IMG/VR virus record: IMGVR_UViG_3300022867_000001
Coordinates: 1-40,762 of that record
DNA from: a virus
Taxonomy: Duplodnaviria > Caudoviricetes
Length of the DNA: 40,762 nt
Reading direction: 5' to 3' (one strand)
The notes under the pieces were generated by a model. It was not told the origin of the DNA. It did not search any database and was given only the letters and a program-made list of their open reading frames with translations. The translations under genes were made by a program, and so were the position numbers. The stretch's first letter is position 1; each line of letters begins with the position of its first letter. Below are positions 10,696 to 18,989 of the stretch, piece after piece.

Positions 10696-11676
10696 TTATG
10701 CTTCTTTAATTCCGACTGCCGCTTCTGGTCTTAGGACGCCATGCCCCATGCTGTATTTAGCAACCATTAACGTACCTTGTCTTCTGATGTCGTACTCTTT
10801 TTCAACAGCTAAATCCATTAGCTTAACAGTTCCGACTGCTGAAGGGTGAGATACAAGAGCAACAAAGTTAGTTAGGTTAACTGCTTGAGGAGTTGAACCT
10901 GCGTTTGTTGCTGAACCTGCGTCTGCACCTGAAGTAACATTAGAAGCTACAAAATGAGGAACTGGTACTAATTCAATTCCTGCAATTTTTGCAACTTTTC
11001 CTGATGCAACACCACCATTAGCTCCACCACTGAAGTCAACATTGACTGCATTAGTAGCGTTTGCTAATTTGTAGTATTCTTCCAATCTCATAAAGCATTT
11101 TCTGCCTTCTGATGGAACATAGTTTGCATCAAGCTCTTTAGCCGCCGCAAAGATAGCATCTATCATTGCATTAGCCGCAGTAGCATCTGTTGAAGATGCA
11201 ATGCCTGTGTTGACTACATTAGTTGTAGCGTCTCCACCAGTTACGTTTGCACTGGCTAGAGTTGCTTGACCGATTGTTTGTAAGATGTGTTTATCTTTTT
11301 GAAAAGATAATGCTCTACCCATTTCAGTAGAGTACGCACTTCTTACGTCCCAATGGTTTTTTGCTTCTTCGATATTCGATACGAATACTGAAGATATTAG
11401 AAGGTCATTAATTGTAATAACCTTTTCTGCTGAGTTAACTGCGTCACCTAATATTTCAGCTCCAACTGCGTGATACGCCGCACCTATTCTTCCCATTACT
11501 GGAAAAGATGCAGATTTGCCGTTACTGATACTTCTTACCATATCAGCACCTTGTGTTTTTGAAGCTCTGTCAAATGAAGTAATTACTTCACCTGCGAATA
11601 CTTTTAAAAACAGGGCATCATCACGAGTAGAACCACTATTAGCATTTCCGAATTTAACTGGACTTGCGTTTGACAT
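10696..11676 (-). CDS. Major capsid protein (gp10)
   Basis: ALFLKVFAGEV, RSISNGKSASFP, MGHGVLRPEAA motifs. Confidence 0.97.
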   Translation of the reverse strand: MSNASPVKFGNANSGSTRDDALFLKVFAGEVITSFDRASKTQGADMVRSISNGKSASFPVMGRIGAAYHAVGAEILGDAVNSAEKVITINDLLISSVFVSNIEEAKNHWDVRSAYSTEMGRALSFQKDKHILQTIGQATLASANVTGGDATTNVVNTGIASSTDATAANAMIDAIFAAAKELDANYVPSEGRKCFMRLEEYYKLANATNAVNVDFSGGANGGVASGKVAKIAGIELVPVPHFVASNVTSGADAGSATNAGSTPQAVNLTNFVALVSHPSAVGTVKLMDLAVEKEYDIRRQGTLMVAKYSMGHGVLRPEAAVGIKEA

Positions 11677-11728
11677 GTGATTGTCTCCTTTATTGATGTT
11701 AGTTTATAAAAGCCTCTTCAATAAGTTA

Positions 11729-11813
11729 TTTAGTCAAGATTGTCCCTCGCAAGGGGTCAAGTTATTTGGCTAATTAAAGTTGGCAGTTGCCACGCATAAG
11801 CGTTGCACAACTA
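11729..11813 (-). other. Structured RNA leader upstream of capsid gene (two hairpins)
   Basis: AGTTGT..ACGC-TTAT-GCGT..GCAACT and TTAGCCAA..CCCT-TGCG-AGGG..TTGACTAA on the sense strand. Confidence 0.5.
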
Positions 11814-11817
11814 TTTT

Positions 11818-11949
11818 TTATATCGTCTTTTTCTTTTTAGGAAATCCTGCTTTCATATTTTTATATGCTTTAGCGGATACCGTACTTTTACTTTTTGGTC
11901 TTGATGTGCCAGATTTTTTTCTGGCGTTCATATTTCTATAAAGGCTCAT
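11818..11949 (-). CDS. Small, very basic protein (43 aa, MSLYRNMNARKKSGTSRPKSK...)
   Basis: Starts 1 nt after the scaffold stop with a GGAG SD; below ORF-track cut-off. Confidence 0.65.
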   Translation of the reverse strand: MSLYRNMNARKKSGTSRPKSKSTVSAKAYKNMKAGFPKKKKTI

Positions 11950-11950
11950 A

Positions 11951-12682
11951 TTATAACTCCGATTTACTTAGTTTTTCTTGAACCATGTTTTGATAAGCAG
12001 GGTCTTTTTGATACCTGTCATCACCCATAGCGGCTGTAACTTCAGCCCAAGATTTATAACCACCTTGACCTGTAATTGTAGCTTTACCTTCTACAAGACT
12101 TGGCTCATTGCCGTTAGCATTTTCAAACTTGGCTTTTAAACCCACAACGGCTAACTTTGCAGTTTCTATATCTTTAGAATTAACTGCTGTATTGTAAGCT
12201 GTCTTCTCTTGTTCAGACATGTTTTCTGCCGCCCATTCAGACATTTCTGTGTAAGCATCTGCTCCACCTACTATGTCTTTAATAGATGTTGTCTGTTGGT
12301 CTGCAACTGCTTTTTGACCTTCGATAAACTGGTTTACATATTCTTTAGGTATACCTGCTTTTTCTAAAGCCTCGTATGACTTAGCATCTAACTCACCTTT
12401 TTCAGCATATTCAGAAGACAAGTTTTCCATGTTAAGCCCTGCACTCTCAACTGCTTTTTCAGCAATATCTAAATCACTCTTTGTTTCTTCTTTGGGAGCA
12501 TCTTCTTTAGGTGCTTCCGTATTGTCACCAAGTTTCTTTTCTAATTCCTGATATGACTTTGCTAAATCTTCAACGCTGTTGAATTTTTCAGGTAAGCCTT
12601 CAGGTTTACTTTGTGTAACATTTTCTTCTACAGGTTTTTCACTTGTAGTTTCTGTTTGTTTTATCTCTACTGTTTCTACCAT
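11951..12682 (-). CDS. Capsid scaffolding protein (gp9)
   Basis: Acidic; LAKSYQELEKKL; C-terminal AMGDDRYQKDPAY motif. Confidence 0.93.
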   Translation of the reverse strand: MVETVEIKQTETTSEKPVEENVTQSKPEGLPEKFNSVEDLAKSYQELEKKLGDNTEAPKEDAPKEETKSDLDIAEKAVESAGLNMENLSSEYAEKGELDAKSYEALEKAGIPKEYVNQFIEGQKAVADQQTTSIKDIVGGADAYTEMSEWAAENMSEQEKTAYNTAVNSKDIETAKLAVVGLKAKFENANGNEPSLVEGKATITGQGGYKSWAEVTAAMGDDRYQKDPAYQNMVQEKLSKSEL

Positions 12683-12694
12683 TGTTTCCTTTTA

Positions 12695-14254
12695 TTATTG
12701 CGGCTTAGTAAGATTACCTGCAACTTGAGGAATAGCTTTTTCAGCCATCTGCATCATTTGTTGTTGCTGTGCTTGTTCTTCTTGTGCCGCTTGTTCTTCC
12801 GCTAGTTGTTCTTGAGATTTTAATAAACCGTCAGTATCAATACCAAGACCGATAGCTATACGTTTAATTAAATCATCTGGGTTTAGTGCCTGAACAACTT
12901 GTGGATTTATTTGTGCTAAGTTTCCTATCTCTGCAACAAATTCTCTTAATTTTTGTAAATCATTTCCTCTACCTAATGCCTCAATACCAGTAATAATAGT
13001 TGGCTGAACTGTGCCTTTAGGTAATGTTGGAATTTCTTTAGCTGTTTCCATTCTTTTCATTAATATTGAAACTAATGGTAGCTGAAACTCTTGTGATAAT
13101 AGTGAATATATACCACCCATAGCAGTCTCTAATTGTTCTGCCATGTATCTAATTTCTTGTGCAGTAACTCTTTCTGCATCTCTTTGTATTGCTGTGTGTA
13201 ATAAGAAAGCATAAGACATTCTCTCTTCTAATTTAGCAATACTTCTTTCAACTACTTGTAAATCATATTGTTTCTGTGCCTGTAATACGGTTACATCTTC
13301 TGCACTTCCAGTAATAATGTCACCATTTCTAGTCATAGCTAAATCTTTTTTTCTAGTAACAGAGTTAGGTCTAACCATGAATACTACTTTAGATGAAGCC
13401 GCCGCACTTTCTACAAGTGCTTGAGACAGACCTTCTAATGATTTTAAATCCCCTAAAAATTCTTCTACATAACTTCTTCCATAATCTTCATTGTCAACTC
13501 TTACCATTCTCAATGCTTGATAAGGCATTCTTTCATTTTTAAATGTACCGATACTTTCAGGTATTTTAATTCCGTTTACTTCTTGGCAAACGTAAAACTC
13601 ATTGTCATTTAATTTATAAACATGAGTGTATAATTCTATTTCTTCATCTGATTTATAATCAGGGTCAGCAATTACTTGTGCTGACACATCTTTACCCAAA
13701 GATAAAATACTTGCTTTCTCACAAATAATTATCTCTAAAATATTTCCTGACGCATCTCTTCTAACTACGTACTGTGATAAAGGAAATACTCTCATGCTTC
13801 CTTTTTTAGGTAGGTAAGTTAATACATTACCACCAACAATAAGATGTTTTAATGCTTCATAAACTGAAACTCTTAATGCAAGTTGTTCAATTTTACTTGA
13901 TACTTCTTTTTCAATAACAGACAAAGATTTCTCAATGTCAGTTTTCATATCTTTATTTTCTTCCAGTTCTTTTTTAGCGTCACCTGCTATTTGTAATCTA
14001 AAGAATGGGGAGTTTGGTGGGAGCAAAAGTAAAAGAAGTTTACTTGCTAGGTTGTTGACACCTCTTGCACCAACTGATTGGAATGGATTGTATAGCTCAC
14101 TTGAAGAAGTAAAGCCATCTGGTTTTATTAAAGAAGGAATAGTTAATTCACTACACTCTTCTGCTCTGTCTAAATAATGTTCTCTCTCTGACTGAAGTTT
14201 AAGGTATCGTTCTTTAGCTGTATGTTGCTTCTGTAGACTACCTTCGTATTCCAT
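12695..14254 (-). CDS. Portal / head-tail connector (gp8)
   Basis: QSVGARGVNNLASKL, ERVTAQEIR, LGGIYSLLSQEFQLPL-type motifs. Confidence 0.97.
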   Translation of the reverse strand: MEYEGSLQKQHTAKERYLKLQSEREHYLDRAEECSELTIPSLIKPDGFTSSSELYNPFQSVGARGVNNLASKLLLLLLPPNSPFFRLQIAGDAKKELEENKDMKTDIEKSLSVIEKEVSSKIEQLALRVSVYEALKHLIVGGNVLTYLPKKGSMRVFPLSQYVVRRDASGNILEIIICEKASILSLGKDVSAQVIADPDYKSDEEIELYTHVYKLNDNEFYVCQEVNGIKIPESIGTFKNERMPYQALRMVRVDNEDYGRSYVEEFLGDLKSLEGLSQALVESAAASSKVVFMVRPNSVTRKKDLAMTRNGDIITGSAEDVTVLQAQKQYDLQVVERSIAKLEERMSYAFLLHTAIQRDAERVTAQEIRYMAEQLETAMGGIYSLLSQEFQLPLVSILMKRMETAKEIPTLPKGTVQPTIITGIEALGRGNDLQKLREFVAEIGNLAQINPQVVQALNPDDLIKRIAIGLGIDTDGLLKSQEQLAEEQAAQEEQAQQQQMMQMAEKAIPQVAGNLTKPQ

Positions 14255-14258
14255 TTAA

Positions 14259-14468
14259 TTAAATGCCTGAGTTAGTAGCAATGTTAAGACCTGAAGAAGT
14301 ATTTAAAGAGGACGTGCCTGATTTTTTAACTTTCTTCTTTTTAATGTCTAAATCTGCATCATTAGCTTTAACCAATTCAGGAGATAAATCCTGTGCTTGG
14401 TCTGCTCTAACTGGTGTCGGCGGCGTCGGCTGTATTGGTGCTGACGGGACTTTTGGTGAACCACACAT
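14259..14468 (-). CDS. Small virion assembly protein (gp6.7/gp7.3-like)
   Basis: MCGSPKVP start, KKSGTSSL..SGLNI end; immediately upstream of portal. Confidence 0.65.
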   Translation of the reverse strand: MCGSPKVPSAPIQPTPPTPVRADQAQDLSPELVKANDADLDIKKKKVKKSGTSSLNTSSGLNIATNSGI

Positions 14469-14653
14469 TATTGTTCTGACCTTTCTTTGAGAGTGTTAAT
14501 AAAGTTTACTACGTCTCTCTGTCCTGCTTTAAAATAAATAGTCTTAGTATCATCTTGCAAGTTAGGAGACTTTTCAGGGTAGACGTTGTTTAATAATTTA
14601 ATTAAATCGTCTACCTTCAATGGTAAAACCACATCATCTGTTAAGTTTTTCAT
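14468..14653 (-). CDS. Hypothetical protein (61 aa; gp6.5 position)
   Basis: ORF coupled to next gene; IYFKAGQRDVV motif. Confidence 0.6.
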   Translation of the reverse strand: MKNLTDDVVLPLKVDDLIKLLNNVYPEKSPNLQDDTKTIYFKAGQRDVVNFINTLKERSEQ

Positions 14654-14670
14654 CTAAAAGAGCAGGTTTA
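14654..14670 (-). promoter_or_regulatory. Phage RNAP promoter, late-type, heading the structural operon
   Basis: TAAACCTGCTCTTTTAG; its TAA is the nrdB stop codon. Confidence 0.85.
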
Positions 14671-15618
14671 GTCCCACAGACTGCCAGTCACAGTCCCTTT
14701 ATTATATTCAGTAGCTCTATTCTCAAAAAAGTTTGCATGTTCTACGCCATTTAATACCCAATCTAACCACGATAGAGGGTTTTCTTTGACACCAAAGTTA
14801 GGCTTTAGAGATAACTGAAGTAATCGTCTATCAGCTATGTATCTAATATACTGTTTAACTTCATCAGCTTTAAGTCCTCTAATGCCCCCTTGTGCAAAAG
14901 CTAAATCAATAAACTTATCTTCTAAGTCAATCATGTCTCTAGCTGTTTGATAGATACTTGCTTTAAATTTTTCTGTCCAAATGTGAGGGTTTTCTTTTAT
15001 TAAAGCATGGAATATTTTAATCATGCTTTCTACATGGTGTGTCTCATCTCTAATAGACCAAGTAACTATCTGACACATGCCTTTCATACGTCCATATCTT
15101 TGAAAGTTAAGTAGCATTACAAATGAAGCAAACAACTGTAAGCCTTCACCAAATGCAGAAAAACAAGCTATCTCTCTAGCTAATCCTTCTATACCTGTTC
15201 CTTTACTTTGAAATAGATAAGTGTGTTTATCAGACATTTCTTTATATTCTTGGAATGCTTTGTATTCTTTGTCAGGCAAACCAATCGTATCATTTAATAA
15301 AGAATAACTGTGTGCATGATTAGCTTCTGATGTGGCTATAGCTGATAACATCATTCTAATTTCAGGTGGTTTAAATTTAGGAATGTATTTATCTAAATAT
15401 GCTTGTGCAATATCTACATCTCCTTGTGTAAAGAATTTTAATATCTGCCCAATCAAATTCTTTTCTGGCTCTGATAATCTTTCATTCCAATCTCTTACAT
15501 CTTCATGCAATGGAACTTCACTAGGTAGCCAGTGCATTTTTTGTTGCATGTCGTAACTTTCAAATGCCCAATCGTATTCAAAGGGTTTATAATATGCTCT
15601 TGTTTTAAATAAACTCAT
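14668..15618 (-). CDS. nrdB: Class I ribonucleotide reductase beta subunit
   Basis: HWLPSEV, FFTQGD, EANHAHSY, FGEGLQLF, IRDETHH; probable start MSLFK at 15618 (ATGA overlap) rather than 15693. Confidence 0.95.
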   Translation of the reverse strand: MSLFKTRAYYKPFEYDWAFESYDMQQKMHWLPSEVPLHEDVRDWNERLSEPEKNLIGQILKFFTQGDVDIAQAYLDKYIPKFKPPEIRMMLSAIATSEANHAHSYSLLNDTIGLPDKEYKAFQEYKEMSDKHTYLFQSKGTGIEGLAREIACFSAFGEGLQLFASFVMLLNFQRYGRMKGMCQIVTWSIRDETHHVESMIKIFHALIKENPHIWTEKFKASIYQTARDMIDLEDKFIDLAFAQGGIRGLKADEVKQYIRYIADRRLLQLSLKPNFGVKENPLSWLDWVLNGVEHANFFENRATEYNKGTVTGSLWD

Positions 15619-15767
15619 CTTAGTAACTCTATCCCTTCTATTATGATTAATATTAATAACTCTACTGCTAGGACAGTATGATAAACCGTCCACAGCACTG
15701 TTTGTTTTTGGTGTTTGTTTCTTCTTTTCTTCTTAAAACCAAATGATTTAATTGGAGGGTAATTCAT
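15615..15767 (-). CDS. Small membrane protein (50 aa, basic N-terminus, one hydrophobic helix)
   Basis: MNYPPIKSFGFKKKRRNKHQKQTVLWTVYHTVLAVELLILIIIEGIELLR; ATGA overlaps at both ends. Confidence 0.6.
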   Translation of the reverse strand: MNYPPIKSFGFKKKRRNKHQKQTVLWTVYHTVLAVELLILIIIEGIELLR

Positions 15768-15868
15768 TTCTGTCCCCTTTTAGTTCTATCTCCATACAAT
15801 TTTTGCCACGACCAACTGGTTAAATACGTTGAGTAATGATAAATTATTTTTAATATATATATCTTCAT
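15764..15868 (-). CDS. Small hypothetical protein (34 aa)
   Basis: TAATG overlap with nrdA stop; MKIYILKIIYHYSTYLTSWSWQKLYGDRTKRGQK. Confidence 0.55.
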   Translation of the reverse strand: MKIYILKIIYHYSTYLTSWSWQKLYGDRTKRGQK

Positions 15869-17619
15869 TATTCACACGCTAAACAATCGGCTTCTGGTAT
15901 GATTGTTCTTTCTACTTTTTTTGATACTAACTCTGCACGTTTGATTGCCTCACTTCTGCAATAGTACAAAGTCTTTAACTTTTTCTTCCACGCTAACATG
16001 TGAGTGTCATGTAACTCTTTAATGTTTACATCAGCAGGGACGAAAAGATTTACTGACTGTCCTTGACAGATATATTTCTGCCTGTCAGCCGCATGTTCTA
16101 TAATCCATTGTTGATTTATCTCGATACCAGTTTTAAAAACATCTTTTTCATAATCTGATAACTCTTTAAGATGTAAGACACTGCCTCTTTGCGAGACAAT
16201 GGACGACCATATAGCATCATTGTTTATCCCTTTCTTTTCTAATAGTTTTTCTAAATATTTATTCTTAACCAAGAATGAACCAGACATAGTTTTTTGCACA
16301 TAAGCATTGGCTCTATAAGGTTCTATTGAAGGTGAAGTAGTCCCACAAATAATAGATGATGAAGCGTTAGGTGCAACAGCTAACAAGTGTGCATTACGCA
16401 TACCTGTACCTTCCATGTCAGGAGCTTCTCCTCTTTTAACTGCAAGTCTTTTACTTTCTTCTACTGCTTCTTCTTTAATACTTTTAAACATTTTCATATT
16501 TAAAGATTTAGCTAACGCACTTTCAAAAGCTATGTTCTTAGATTGTAAATAAGCGTGGAAACCCATTGCTCCTAATCCAATACTTCTTTCTTGTGCCGCA
16601 CTAAACTTTGCTCTGAACACACTGTCAGGTGCATTCTCTATAAAGTAAGTTAAAGCGTTGTCTAAAAATCTAACTAAATCAGGTATGAATAATTTATCAT
16701 TCTTCCATTCATCATACTTTTCTAAATTAACAGAAGACAAACAACACACTGCTGTTCTATCTTCGTTAGTAGGTAAAGTAATTTCAGTACATAAGTTTGA
16801 GTGGTGTACTTTTAATCCTAATTTCTTTTGTGTTTCAGGCAATGCTTCATTGATAGTATCTATAAAAGAAACATAAGGCTCACCAGTGGCTACTCTATTT
16901 TCTAATAACTTTTGCCACAACTCTCTAGCTGATGCTGTACGCACTACTTCTTTTGTATGTGGGTCAATCAAATTCCAACTGTCATCATACGTAGGTTCAG
17001 CTACACACTTTTCAATCAAGTGCATAAAATCATCTGACACATTTATTGCATGATGTAGGTTAAGACATTTTCTATGTATGTCTCCACCGCTAGGTTTTCT
17101 CATTTCTAAAAATTCAATTATCTCTGGGTGAGACATGTCCATGTAAGCCGCATAACTACCACGCCTTGTTTTACCTTGAGAGAATGCAAGTATCTCACTG
17201 TCTACAACGTGAAGAAAAGGTATTGAACCAGATGATTGTGAACCACCTGAAGTGCTTGTACCATCTGAACGTACATGTCCCCAGTAGCCACCTATGCCAC
17301 CACCAATAGAAGCTAACCAAGCATTCTCTGTGTAGTGTCCTGTTAATCCTTCTCTACTATCTCCTACATAATTTAAGAAGCAAGAAATAGGCATACCTCT
17401 ATTTGCTCCGCCGTTAGATAAAATAGGTGTGGAATACATGAACCATAATTTAGAAGCGTAATCATATATACGCTGTGCCATCTCATCATTATCAGAGAAT
17501 GCTTTAGCGGCTCTCATAAATCCATCTTGCGGTGAGTTCTCGTTAGGTAGTAAGTACCTATCTTTTAAAGTTGTCTTACCAAAGTCAGTAAGTAGTTCGT
17601 CTCTTTCGTAATTAATCAT
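15868..17619 (-). CDS. nrdA: Class I ribonucleotide reductase alpha subunit (short, no ATP cone)
   Basis: PISCF, SNLCTEI, VCCLSS, APNASSS, KTLYY, C-terminal CLAC. Confidence 0.96.
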   Translation of the reverse strand: MINYERDELLTDFGKTTLKDRYLLPNENSPQDGFMRAAKAFSDNDEMAQRIYDYASKLWFMYSTPILSNGGANRGMPISCFLNYVGDSREGLTGHYTENAWLASIGGGIGGYWGHVRSDGTSTSGGSQSSGSIPFLHVVDSEILAFSQGKTRRGSYAAYMDMSHPEIIEFLEMRKPSGGDIHRKCLNLHHAINVSDDFMHLIEKCVAEPTYDDSWNLIDPHTKEVVRTASARELWQKLLENRVATGEPYVSFIDTINEALPETQKKLGLKVHHSNLCTEITLPTNEDRTAVCCLSSVNLEKYDEWKNDKLFIPDLVRFLDNALTYFIENAPDSVFRAKFSAAQERSIGLGAMGFHAYLQSKNIAFESALAKSLNMKMFKSIKEEAVEESKRLAVKRGEAPDMEGTGMRNAHLLAVAPNASSSIICGTTSPSIEPYRANAYVQKTMSGSFLVKNKYLEKLLEKKGINNDAIWSSIVSQRGSVLHLKELSDYEKDVFKTGIEINQQWIIEHAADRQKYICQGQSVNLFVPADVNIKELHDTHMLAWKKKLKTLYYCRSEAIKRAELVSKKVERTIIPEADCLACE

Positions 17620-17836
17620 CTTTGCTTTCTGTTACTGTGGGTTTGGCTTCTTTATCAATAATAAAATCTATGTATTGTTTGGCTTTCTTTAAATCTTGAA
17701 TGCCGTTCTTATGTCTCCAACGAGTTATGTACTTAACAACATTGCCTTCACAATAAGAAAGTTTGTTTTTAACAATGTAATCTATGGGTTCGATACCGCC
17801 TTGATTATAGTGTACTGGTTTACTTATATCGTCCAT
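17612..17836 (-). CDS. DUF3310-like protein (T7 gp1.7 nucleotide-kinase family)
   Basis: PVHY..GGIEPID..GNVVKYITRW..KNG..DLKKA..Y signature. Confidence 0.85.
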   Translation of the reverse strand: MDDISKPVHYNQGGIEPIDYIVKNKLSYCEGNVVKYITRWRHKNGIQDLKKAKQYIDFIIDKEAKPTVTESKDD

Positions 17837-18588
17837 AGTTTTACCTTCCCTGTTTTCTTATTGTATTCTCCATGTCTTAAAATGTGTGCGACCCTAGCTT
17901 GTTGTAAGGCTTCTTTTTCTGTGTAACCTTTTTCTTTGTAGATACCTTTGACTACTTTCCACAAATCTTTGAGTGTGCAGTTGGTATATTTAAGAAGTAG
18001 TTTCTCTGCTGTTTTAATTCCAACACCTTCAATTCCATCATAGCCATCTGTCTTGTCACCCATGATTGCCTGTATCATAAAATTATAATTAGCTATCTTC
18101 TCTGGTATTTGTTCAAAGCTACTACCGTCTTGTGAAAGATTACATGGGATTGTTTTCATGTCTTTATCTATACTAACTAATATTCTTTCTTCAGTTAGTG
18201 CAGGTTCAGTTGCCATAATACCCATGACATCATCAGCTTCTAAGTTAGCCCAGACAACACCATTATGTTTTTTCATAATGTGTTCTCGCATAGCACCTAG
18301 AACTATTGGTTTACGTTTTTCTTTCCTGTTTGACTTGTATGTAGGTAAGACATCTTTTCTAAAATTATGTTTATCTGTTAGTGCCACAACATAATCGTCT
18401 GCTGACAAGTTAGAACCTAAGTCATCTATCACTGCGTCTAACTGTTGAATACAATTGTTCTCATCAGCATGTAATGTCCATAGTCCATCACCCCAGTTGA
18501 TTGGTCTCTCATTGTTAGTAGCTATTTGATAAGCAAGTATATCGCCATCAATTACTAATACTCTTTTCTTTTTGTATCTATCACTCAT
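17824..18588 (-). CDS. 5'-3' exonuclease (gp6)
   Basis: IDGDILAY, YKSNR, LEADDVMG, DKD, GDKTDGY; probable start 18588 with AAGGA SD. Confidence 0.93.
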   Translation of the reverse strand: MSDRYKKKRVLVIDGDILAYQIATNNERPINWGDGLWTLHADENNCIQQLDAVIDDLGSNLSADDYVVALTDKHNFRKDVLPTYKSNRKEKRKPIVLGAMREHIMKKHNGVVWANLEADDVMGIMATEPALTEERILVSIDKDMKTIPCNLSQDGSSFEQIPEKIANYNFMIQAIMGDKTDGYDGIEGVGIKTAEKLLLKYTNCTLKDLWKVVKGIYKEKGYTEKEALQQARVAHILRHGEYNKKTGKVKLWTI

Positions 18589-18989
18589 TTTACTATCCTT
18601 TGTTGCATAGATTTGCTTAAATTTTTTGGTAGGAATATTTCGGCTAACGGCACAAGAACAAACTTGCTTCTCCAACCATCACCACCATTCTTTAATGTTT
18701 TGATATATTTTTTAGCCAACCTTTTGATTGTCTTTGTGTCAAATATCATTCTACAATAATCTTTGTCACCATCTGCCAAGATGTGACACCAGTAATCAGA
18801 CGTTGTAGCCATGACACCTGAAGGTTTGCCATTACATTCTATCTCTATTGCAATGTTACCTGTTTTAAACCACCAGTCTCTTTCTGTTTTAACTTCTATC
18901 TTGGTCTTATCTTTATCTAAGATAGATGCTAAACGCTTCTCTCTTTCCTGACCATACTTTAGGTCAAGGTCAAATTTTTTATTATACAT
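18585..18989 (-). CDS. Hypothetical protein, PD-(D/E)xK-like
   Basis: IEVKTE...TGNIAIE...KPSG pattern; probable start 18989 overlapping the polymerase stop. Confidence 0.6.
   Translation of the reverse strand: MYNKKFDLDLKYGQEREKRLASILDKDKTKIEVKTERDWWFKTGNIAIEIECNGKPSGVMATTSDYWCHILADGDKDYCRMIFDTKTIKRLAKKYIKTLKNGGDGWRSKFVLVPLAEIFLPKNLSKSMQQRIVK

Noticed and set aside
10684-10720. T7 gp10B-style capsid frameshift
   Set aside because: No obvious slippery site and no extended downstream frame
15619-15693. N-terminal extension of NrdB in the ORF track
   Set aside because: Overlaps a coupled small ORF; ATG at 15618 fits better
18192-18208. Partial phage-promoter match (also 37040-37056)
   Set aside because: Four or more mismatches, mostly in the initiation region; inside coding sequence
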